From: Octopus sinensis
Lineage: Eukaryota
DNA length: 64,000 bases
Assembly: GCF_006345805.1 (NCBI RefSeq)
Contig: NC_042999.1
Coordinates: forward strand, 110,298,001-110,362,000
Direction: 5' to 3'
Part shown: positions 53,565-64,000 of the stretch, in pieces
How positions within the stretch are numbered: position 1 is the stretch's first letter
How the letters are laid out: every line of letters begins with the position of its first letter
The notes under the pieces: generated by a model
Told to the model about the DNA's origin: nothing
The model's input: the letters and a program-made list of their open reading frames with translations, nothing else
Database searches by the model: none
Translations under genes and position numbers: made by a program

Positions 53565-54174
53565 AGTATATAATTTTTTTTGTGCAGGGATTCCTTGAGA
53601 CATGTAATTAATTTTAAGGGTTACACAAGGGTAAAAAGGTTGAGTGACACTGGGTTAACAAGACAAAGCAGGCTGTTTTCCCCTATCTGGTACTTATGCT
53701 GAAAGAGCTTCTGCAGTGAATCAGTTTGAAACAACTGTGAACTGACACATTCTTTTTCCTGTCAAGCCCTTATTGGAGTTTTCATATTTCACTTTGAAAG
53801 AAAGTTGTGAGTTAAGAGGTAAGTGCTTTTTGCCAATGAATTTATGAAAAGGTGAGTGACTGTGGTGAAAATGATGAAAGAAGATGGATAGTACCTTAGG
53901 CACACACTTGCTACTCCAGAAACAGCTGTTGGGGAGGATATGTGCTTTGGTGGTTAAGATGATCAGAGATCCGTAGGGTTTTGGCCTATATGGTGAACCA
54001 TAAAGGATACAATTTTTCTGTCAGGAAAAATGTACTATCCACAAATATATGTATATTCTATCTTATTGTTATCTTTTATTATGGCCATACTGGGGTACCA
54101 CTTAAAGGGTTTTAGTTAAGCAGATCAAACAAATTTCCCAAGGTGCCACGCAGTGGGACTAAACCCAGCATTGC

Positions 54175-54540
54175 CCACACGACCTCAACATTAGTTTTAG
54201 AATTCATCCAAAGTTAGGGCCACATATCATATATTCCCTACCCGATCACAACACATAAATGAACTGCAACACAATTTCTTTTCCTCAGCAGGCCCTGCCC
54301 TATTTCACATTGTCCCAAAACAAATCAAAGAAGGAAAAGATCTCTTCACCTTTAAACAAAATCTGGACAAATTTCTTCAACGGATACCAGATGAGCCACC
54401 TATACCTGGATACAACTCACTCAACAAGAACTTATTACTTGAATGAGCTATGATACCACAAAACTTGATTTAAAAAGGACTTAGCAAATCCTAACTGGTG
54501 GTGCTATTAAGTTAGACATGGCCTGGGTCAATCTTGGGTC
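54175..54540 (+). pseudogene. CR1/L2-group LINE 3' end remnant
   Basis: HNFFSSAGPALFHIVPKQIK...FTFKQNLDKFLQRIPDEPPIPGYNSLNKNLLLE*. Confidence 0.7.
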
Positions 54541-54803
54541 AAAACATTTAAGTTTGTGGTAAGTGGCTTGCTTACCAACCACATGGTTCTGGGTTCAGTC
54601 CCACTGCCTGGCACCTTGAGCAAGTGACTTCTACCCTAACCTCAGGCTAGTGAATTTGCTAGATGGAAACTGAAAGAAGCCCATCATATATATATATATA
54701 TCATATATATATGTATATATATATATATATAATATATATATATATTTGATGGTGGTGCATCAGCATGGCCGCAGCTCTGAGCTGAAACTACGAAAAAGAA
54801 AAA

Positions 54804-54871
<68 letters not shown>

Positions 54872-54873
<2 letters not shown>

Positions 54874-56135
54874 AATTAATAAATAAATAAAACATATGCA
54901 TATATACATACATATATGTACGTACCTACCTCTACATGTATATATACATGCATATATGGGTACAGGACACCAAAAAATGTCGAACACAATGAGAAACGAA
55001 AACATAAACACAAAACCAAGGCAATGGACAATTTTCTTAAACAACGAAAAAATAGAGTGCAGTACATACAAAACAAGGAAAATTCCCATTCTTCAGTCGC
55101 CTTTGTTTCATCTACTCCACGTTTCGAAGGTCAAGGCGATACATGACTTTAATGAAACATTGCTTCCATCGAAAATCAAATTAAAATAAAATTTGAGATT
55201 TTTTTGCGGAGGGGTAAAAATGGTAGCAAAAACAGGATAGTGATGACAGTACAAAATATAAACAGAAAAAGACAGGACAAGGAGAATAACAGTAACAGAA
55301 ACAAGAAGGGCTGTTAAGCCGAACGAGATAAAATATTTTTTACAAATGCTATTTTTTGAGAAAGGTGAGGGAGCAACAGATGTGCCGTCTCTACTTGAAG
55401 GTAGCCAGGAGAAGAAAGACAATAGTAGCCTTCTCATCACATGTCCGTGAAGGGAGGGAGGAGGAGGAGTAAGAGAAAGGGAGAGAAAAAAAGGAAATGG
55501 TTGTAGAGAAAAGAATGAAGAATGAGAGAGAGAGAGGGAGAGACAGTAAGGTAGAAGAAAAGGAAAGCCAAACGAATGAAGGCTGAGAAAGGGAGGGAGA
55601 GAGAAAGGTTAAAAGTGTGCATCATTATTAATATTAAGAAAATCTTACTTAGAAATGGATGCGTGCGTTCCGTCATATAATAAATTAATAAATAAATAAA
55701 ACATATGCATATATGCATACATATATGTACGTACCTACCTCTACATGTATATATATATATGTTTTTACGTCCTGTTTTTGTCACTATTTTTTTTCCTTGT
55801 TTTTACCCCTCTGCAAAGGAATTTTATTTAATTCTTTCGCAGGAAGGATTAGTTCGACGAGTCGTGTTATGTCCTCACCTTCGAAACACGCTGGAGTTGA
55901 ACTAGGGACAGCTGATGAAGGGGATTTTTCCTTGTGTAGTTTGTCTTGTACTCTGTTTTTTCGTTGTTAAAAAAGGTCCGTTCCATGCTTGTTTTTACAT
56001 TTTCGTTTCTCGTTGAGTTCTACGTCTATTTGTGGTGTCCTGTACTCCTGTATATATATTTATATATGCATGTATATATACATGTAGATGTAGGTACGTA
56101 CATATATGTATGTATGTATGCATAGATTTTATTTG
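54872..56135. repeat. Composite with direct repeat (54872, 55681) and diverged inverted block (54872-55245 vs ~55765-56135), Penelope pLTR-like
   Basis: TAAATTAATAAATAAATAAAACATATGCA..GTACGTACCTACCTCTACATG twice direct and once inverted. Confidence 0.6.
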
Positions 56136-56219
56136 TTACACTATTGTATGACTGAGCGCCCTCGCGTTGATTCAATTCGATTCGTTTCGTTTCGTTTCTT
56201 TCTTCTCTAAGCAAGTTTT

Positions 56220-56252
<33 letters not shown>

Positions 56253-56555
56253 GTATATATATATGTGAGTGTGAGTCTGTGTTTGTACCCCCAACATCGC
56301 TTGACAACCGATGCTGGTGTGTTTACATAACTTAGCAGTTTGGCAAAAGAGACCGATAGTGTAAGTACTAGGTTTACAAAGAATGAGTCCTGGGGTTGAT
56401 TTGTTTGACTAAAGGTAGTATTCCAGCATGACCATGTATATATATATATATATATAGTCAATAATATATAGTCAATTGACTAAATTTTTTACACGCTAGG
56501 CCACTGGTAATGGAAATTTCTAATGTTTCAGATTACCCTTTGATATTATTAATTT

Positions 56556-56643
<88 letters not shown>

Positions 56644-57211
56644 AAAATTATTATAATTATAAACATAATTATAATTAGGGCTTAGCAAAATTGCTTCACC
56701 ACATACTGAAATTAGAAATAGCTGTTAAATACTATTCTACTACCATGATTAGTAATTATAATGTCCTACTGATGTCCTAGGACATAATGTCCTACTGACA
56801 TTTCCCTCAGTGTAATCATATATAAGTATCCATACATACACACACATACACACACATATAAATTCGATTAGAGGTTATGTTTTATATATATATATCCTTT
56901 TGTTTAATGCTATAAGAAAAAGTTGGAGGAGGAGGAGGAGGAGGAGGAGGAAAAGGAGTAGTAGGAGGAGGAGGAAAAGGAGTAGGAGTAGGAGGAGGCA
57001 GATGGTAGTGTTGAAAAACCAGAATGACAATGGTACTGATAATGACAACGATGGTGATGATGACGACGACAATAATAATGATGGTAGGTATAACTATAAC
57101 AATAATAATAAAAATGTTAGCAATATTAAAGATAATAATGTTGCTAATTGAAATCAAGTGAGTGATTCATAGAAAAGCACATTTAAACAACTTGATCTAA
57201 GAATTATAATA

Positions 57212-57253
<42 letters not shown>

Positions 57254-57255
<2 letters not shown>

Positions 57256-57570
57256 AGTTACAATACCAGTGATCGTAGGAGCACTAGGAATGATCAAGAA
57301 GGGAACCGAAAATTATATGAGAATGATCCCTGGCTTACCATCCCTGCAAGAAGTGCAAAAGATTGTCTTAACTGGTACATCACACGTATTGAGAAGAGCA
57401 TTGTCGATGTGAGAACTATTATTACTACCCATGTATTTTAATTTAACTTAAAAAAAAAAAGTGAACGAACTATTGAGTTTAGTTTAATGGCCTACCAATG
57501 TATACTATGAGTTTCTTTGCCCTAGGAGTCGGGAAGACACTCGGCAAGAAATGGAAGCAAATTTGAAAGA
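57254..57570 (+). pseudogene. Short R4/Dong-type 3' fragment
   Basis: IVTIPVIVGALGMIKKGTENYMRMIPGLPSLQEVQKIVLTGTSHVLRRALSM*; (GAT)n 5' flank, A-run then (TAA)n 3' flank. Confidence 0.85.
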
Positions 57571-57687
57571 AAAAAAAAAATAATAATAGTAATAATAATA
57601 ATTATTATTATTATTATTACTATTATTATTATTATTCTTATTATCATTATCATTATCATCATCATTATTATTATTATTATCATTATT

Positions 57688-57718
<31 letters not shown>

Positions 57719-58176
57719 TATTATTATTAAAGAAATGAGCTGGTAGAATCATTAGCATGCCGGACAGAATGCTTGGCGACATTTCGTTTGTCTTGACGTT
57801 CTGAGTTCAAATTCAGCCGAGATTGACTTTGCCTTTCATCTTTGGAGGTTGCTGGATTAAGGACCACTGAAACACTGGGGTCAAAGTAATTGGCTAGACT
57901 CCCCCACCACCATCACCAAATTTCAGGCCTTGTACTTTAAGTAAAAAGAATTATAATAATAGATTTAAGTAAAAAGGATTATTATTACTGGTTTCAAATT
58001 CTGGCATAAAGCCAGCAATTTTAGGGGAGAAGGCAAGCCAATTACATCAACCCCTGTACACAACTGGTACTTATTTTATCGACCCTGAAAGGATAAAAGG
58101 CAAAGTCAACATTGCCAGAGTTTGAACTCAGAATATGAAAACGGATGAAATGTCACTAAGTTCTTTTCCTGGTGTG

Positions 58177-58469
58177 CAGTGGTGGACTGGCCAGGTTGCC
58201 AGCTTGTCTGATGGCAAGTGGGCCCCTGCATCAATTAGAATCCATATATGAGGGCCCATGTTAGTATCTAAGGAACCCATCCCCTCAAGTTTGTGGATTT
58301 TTTATTCACTTCTGGTAGAATGCATTAATTATTTCACTCTGGCTCTGTTTGTAGACAGCTGAAAAGAATACTTTTAATTAAAAAAAAAAATTAAATGATA
58401 ACATTGTAGTTGTGGGTGGGCCACCATAGTCTCCTGGCAGTCAATATTTTTAGACCCAATGCACCACTG
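58177..58469. mobile_element. hAT-type MITE inserted in a family B SINE
   Basis: TIR CAGTGGTG / CACCACTG; perfect 8-bp TSD CTGGTGTG at 58169-58176 and 58470-58477. Confidence 0.85.
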
Positions 58470-58520
58470 CTGGTGTGCTAACAATTCTGCCAGCTTGCCT
58501 TATTATTATTATTATTATTA

Positions 58521-58582
<62 letters not shown>

Positions 58583-59014
58583 AGGTAGTGAGCTGGCAGA
58601 ATCATCAGCATGTTGACTGAAATACCTAGCGGTATTTTACCTGTCATTATGTTCTGAGTTCAAGTTCCACCAAGGTCGACTTTGCCTTTCATCCTTTCAG
58701 AGTTAATAAAATAAGTACCAGTTAAACATTGGGGATGTTTAACTCATCAACTCATCCCCACTTCCCACAAGCTGACCTTGTGGCAAAAATTTGAAATAAT
58801 TAGCATTATTATTATCACAAGTAAATATTTCAATTCTTTCATTTAAATGGTCCTGGAATGTTTAAAATTTTACAATTGGGTTCTTATTCATCATCAAATG
58901 ATCTGATGGCATTTCAAAGAATTGTAGAATTCCCTTCAAGTCTGTTGAAATTCTTACAATATTACAATAGTGGATATCCTGTCTAGGAGAACCGATTTTT
59001 GTCATTATTGCTTC

Positions 59015-59061
<47 letters not shown>

Positions 59062-59394
59062 CATATATATAATATATATATATATATATGTATTATATCT
59101 ATCTATATATATATATATATATATGCATAATATTTTTATATGTATGTATGTTTATACATAATGTATACATGGTACTTACAGATATATATTTAAGTATTGA
59201 TGTAACATCTAAGTTACATCAATGCATACATAAATTATAAATTTCATGGCATCTGATTTTTTTGCAGAAAAATTTTTTTCAGTCATATTTTTCAAACTAT
59301 TTCTTACAGTGCAGTATTTTTTTGTCATCATCATCATCATCAACATCATCATCGTCATCATCATCGTCATCGTCATCGTCATCGTCACCGTCAC

Positions 59395-59429
<35 letters not shown>

Positions 59430-60075
59430 CCACCACCGTCATCATCATTATTATTGCTATCATTATTATCATCTTTTTCTAGCATCTCTATTGCTTAATC
59501 TTCTATTTACCCATGCACACATATATTTAATAATACATACAAACATATGGACATATATACATAGATGCACATATATATTATATAATGTATATACGTGTGT
59601 GTGTGTGTGTGCATGTTTGTGTGTGCATGTCTGTATGTGCATATATATATATATATATATATGTATGAAATAAATACAGGTTTTCATTTAACAATATATC
59701 CTTTATTATTTGTGTTTTGTCATCGTTAGTTGCTGTTTTTTTTCTCCTAACAATCATTATTCTATTTACTTAAACCATCTCATTTTACCATGTTCAATGA
59801 AGTGAAATGGTAAAAGAAAAATATTTGAAAAAAAAAAAATGAAAAGGAATTAAAAAATGGAAATAAATGAAAAAGTGCACAGAATATGAAAAAGAAGAAA
59901 CAACACAAATCAAAACAGATATGGGAAGCGAATTTAAAATAAAAAGAACACATTTACAGGTACACAAAACTGTGTATGGGTACAATGGGTATATGTGTAT
60001 GCCTCTGTATGTATGTATATTTATATACGTGCATGTATGTGCATGTATATATATACGTATACATATATATGCATA

Positions 60076-60138
<63 letters not shown>

Positions 60139-60198
60139 ATGTATATATATATGCATATATATGTATACATATATATGCATATGTACATATATATGTAT

Positions 60199-60255
<57 letters not shown>

Positions 60256-60316
60256 TATATATACATACATACACCCATAAATCCACATATAGAAATATAT
60301 TTACATATTTTGATGT

Positions 60317-60379
<63 letters not shown>

Positions 60380-60612
60380 AAAACACACACACACACACAA
60401 AATATTATTTCAAATGGAATAGAATAAAAAGTCCAATTATTTTTCTTTTATAATATTAAAGTAGAAATCCTCAAGGCCTTTTTATAATGGTTGATAATTT
60501 CAAAAACTGAACATAGTTCTTAGCATTTCATTTTTTCTTACAACTTTTGGTGGGATTTTGGGGTAGTTTCCCGTCATTATCCATTACTTTCCTTTGTTAT
60601 TTGATATGTGTG

Positions 60613-60647
<35 letters not shown>

Positions 60648-60719
60648 ATCTATATACATATATATGCTCATTTCTTTGTTTATTTCCATAGTAAGTATAT
60701 ATATATATATATATGTCTG

Positions 60720-60756
<37 letters not shown>

Positions 60757-62989
60757 ATGTGAGTACTGGACAAGCCTTGTTAGTGTTGTGGTTGCCTTGT
60801 TTTTTACGTGAAACTTCTTTGACTCTTCTTAAGCTACAGCAAATACAACAAGGATCTTTCTCCACCTTTTGCTACCACTTCTTATTCCTGTGTTTGATAT
60901 CATGCTTTTCCTTACATCATCTTATATATTTTTGATTCTCCATCCCAATTCTCCTCCTCCTCCTCTTCTTCTTCTTCTTCTTCTTCTTCTTCTTCTTCTT
61001 CTTCTTCTTCTTCTTCTTCTTCTTCTGCTTCTCCTCCTCCTCCCCTTCCACTGCCATTTCCCTTTCCTCCCCTTCTTCTCTCTTTCCCTTTTCTCCCCAT
61101 CTTCTCTCTTTTTTCTTTTATTGCTTCTTCCTTCCATTCCTTTTCTTCCTCCCCACTTCAATTCTTTCTTTCTCTCTCTCTCTCTCTTTCTTCCTTCCAT
61201 TCTCTTTCTTTCGTTCTTTCTTTATTTCTTTCTTCCTTCCTTTCATCCTTCCAACTTCCCTTTTCATTCTTTTTCCTTCTTTCCTTCCCTCCTTCTTTCC
61301 ATTCCTTTCCATTCCATTCCATTCCTTTCCTTTCCTTCTTTCCCCTATTCCTTCACTACCATTCTTCCCTTCATCTTCTCCTTCCTCTCCCTCTCCCACT
61401 CCCATCCCCTATGGTCACCATCACCGTCCTCTCTCCTCCATCACTTCTATTTACTTACCTTTATCAGTTTTAAGGTGGCAAATAATTACAGAATACACAA
61501 TATCCACTGGGCAGTGTGCCAACCTGAAAATTAGCCAACTTAGGTTTTCATCTAATGATGAAAGTTTTTCAGGAAATATCTCAGGTTTTATATCTTTTCT
61601 TCGTTTTTTTTTTGTTGTCTTCTGTCTTTTTGTGTTTTTTTTTTTTTTTTTTGTCATTTTCACTTAGAAATTCATTAATAGATTTCTATATTCATTTGGA
61701 TTTTTCTTTGTGTTTTTTCTCCCTTATTTTTCCCTATCTCTGGCAACAACAACAGCAATAAAAAGGTGTTAAAATAGAATTTTAAAAAAAAGATGGAAAC
61801 CTAACCACCTATAGGGGGAATAAAACACAAACAACAAAAACACTGAAAGAAACAAAAACCAAATCAGTTGTCTGCAGATTCCTCTAATTTCTTGACTAGT
61901 GAAACTGTGTGGATATAGCAATGATGCTAGTGGTACTGATGGTGATGGTGATGGTGGTGTCGGTGGTGGTGTTGATGGTGGTGTTGTGGTGGTGGTATTG
62001 GTGGTGTTGATGGTAATGGTAATGGTGGTAGGGGTGATAGTTGTCACAGTTGTAGTGGTGAAAGCGTTGATGATGGGGAAGTGTTGGCAATGGTGGTATT
62101 CACACTGGTGGTATTGACGGTGGAGGTGGTGATGGTGGTATTGTGATGTCACAATGATGGTGATGGTAGTAGTGGTAGCAGTGGTGTTGATGGTGCTTGG
62201 AGTGTGTATGGTCCCGGTGACTGTGGAAGTAGTGCTAGTTGTAACGAAGGCAGGGATGAAAGTGTTGGTGCCTAACTAAGAGATCAAACAGGTGATTGAA
62301 TCTATTTGAGCAAACATTCTATCATCATATGAAGTAACTGAATCAATTGTTGTTGTTGTTGTTGCTGTTATTGCTACCATTTAACCCTGGGTCAGCCTTG
62401 ACTAAAATAATTTGTAATCAAAGACAATCAAGCCATGACTAACCTGAGTTTCTCTCTTCTGTTTCTTTTTTTGATTTTCTTTTGCCAGGAAATACATCCA
62501 GGGTCACATTATTGAATATGTCCTCTGAAAACAGTAAGTATATGATGTCAGGAGGGATTTTGCTGTTTTTTCTATCAGGTAAACATATCACACAAAAGCT
62601 CCCTTGCTAAAATAATTTTATTAACCCTTTTGCATTCAGGTTAATCTGGCAAATGTGATGCTCATTTATTCATATTTCTTTTACTTTTACTTGTTTCATC
62701 TATTAGACTGCGACTATGTTGGGGCATGACATTGAAGAATTTCAATCAAACAAACCAGCAGCAGTACTTATATATATATATTTTTTTTTATAAGCCTAGT
62801 ACTTATTCTACTGGTCTCTTTTTCCAAACCTTAAACACCATCTCTAGATGTCAAGTGGTGGTTGTGGTGGGACAGACACAAAGATATACACACACAAACA
62901 ACACACATATATATATATATATATTCTTTTATTCTTTTACTCATTTCAGTCATTTAACTGCAGCACCACCTTTAAAAAATAAGTTTTCC

Positions 62990-63050
62990 TGTACACATGG
63001 GACTCGAACCCACACCCCTTTGTTTTCGTAACAAAAATGCTACCATTATA
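62990..63050 (-). pseudogene. Isolated tRNA-like remnant (tRNA pseudogene or SINE head)
   Basis: TAATGGTAGC A-box-like, TTTGT-TACGAAA-ACAAA anticodon-like arm, GGTTCGAGTCCC T-loop; no acceptor stem. Confidence 0.45.
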
Positions 63051-63172
63051 TATGTATAAATATATATGTGTGTGTGAATATATATATATATATATATATA
63101 TATTGATAGAAATGGTAAGACAACAAAAGAATGAAAGAGACCTCGATATTATGTAAACAGAGGAATTTATCA

Positions 63173-63405
63173 GTAAATATAATATGTGACAATTATTCGA
63201 TAGCCATGATAAAACTCCGAGTTTTGGATGCCGGGTCAGAAACCCATGCCGCCATCTCTTCACTTATCCAGCCATCGAAAAAATGGTCCACTTTTTCTTT
63301 TGATAGTCAGATAACTGCAGAGATGGCAGTGTGGGTTTCCGCCCCGACATCCAAAACTCAGAGGTTTATCATGGCTACCGAATAATTGTCACATATTATA
63401 TTTAC
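63173..63405. mobile_element. Fold-back / MITE-like long hairpin
   Basis: GTAAATATAATATGTGACAATTATTCG... and ...CGAATAATTGTCACATATTATATTTAC; arms of ~88 bp, spacer also partly self-complementary. Confidence 0.8.
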
Positions 63406-63447
<42 letters not shown>

Positions 63448-63589
63448 ATGAACCGACTTCATTACGTAATATTTTAATAAGGAAAAGCAAATCACAAGTA
63501 TTTACTCACAATCAACTTTTATTCCCTGTCTTACAAGTGTTCAATGTGGTCACCATCTGCAGCATGGACAACATCAATGTGATAAGAGA

Positions 63590-63745
63590 ATTCCTCCCAG
63601 AGGCATATCTGCTTGGCTTGTGAGATCCCCAAACCTGACCATGCGTGTAATTCTTTTCTTGTGGGTACATGCAAAAGATCGTGTTTATGTTCCACCACTA
63701 CCCACTAGCCTCGATGACTTTAAACATCGAATAACAACAGTGATC
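63590..63745 (+). pseudogene. Tc1/mariner-superfamily transposase C-terminal remnant
   Basis: RSPNLT...FLWVHAKDRVYVPPLPTSLDDFKHRITTVINSVDHDM resembles the WPPRSPDL.P.DFFLWG..K.RVY motif region. Confidence 0.75.
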
Positions 63746-64000
63746 AACTCAGTGGATCATGATATGCAGTGGAATGGCATTCCGTCCAAGTGCGGAATTT
63801 ATACAACATGGAAACCAGGTACTCAGCACTTGTCTCAAGAAGGTAACTCTACTTCTTTTTTTTATATGTGTGCATGTCCTTGCTTTGACATTATGTGATA
63901 GCTCTAAACAAGTGTCACCACCATGCAAGTGGTGTTGTTTGTTTCAAATCTTCTTTGGAAACATGTCTGGTTATGGAGAAATATACCTTATTTAGAAATA

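Noticed and set aside
60869-61534. 221-aa L/F/S/P-rich ORF
   Set aside because: Polypyrimidine (CTT/CT) low-complexity tract
62990-63050. Functional tRNA gene
   Set aside because: No acceptor stem and a non-canonical anticodon loop; kept only as a remnant

Overview
AT-rich, microsatellite-saturated eukaryotic DNA whose SINE families look octopod (cephalopod); the taxon is inferred from repeat content only. There is one 100-N gap (16777-16876). No host protein-coding gene could be identified; almost all ORFs in the track are translations of simple repeats. Real protein homology is limited to transposon relics: R4/Dong-type RLE non-LTR 3' ends, a Penelope GIY-YIG, mariner/Tc1/Tigger pieces and a CR1/L2-like end. 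The standout is a ~2 kb fold-back array (18519-20553) of ~352-355-bp units carrying five type I hammerhead ribozyme motifs (two on -, three on +), the architecture of a non-LTR retrozyme (circRNA-producing ribozyme retroelement). A diverged relative of the same unit sits at 5858-6450 and a fragment at 30931-31007. Three of these insertions appear to end at the same position after a small stem-loop, not at the ribozyme cut site. Further hammerheads (one apparently intact at 26273-26341, one truncated, several atypical or decayed) and a Penelope endonuclease relic suggest a Penelope/hammerhead system. All alignments and folds were done by eye; coordinates of repeat ends are approximate.
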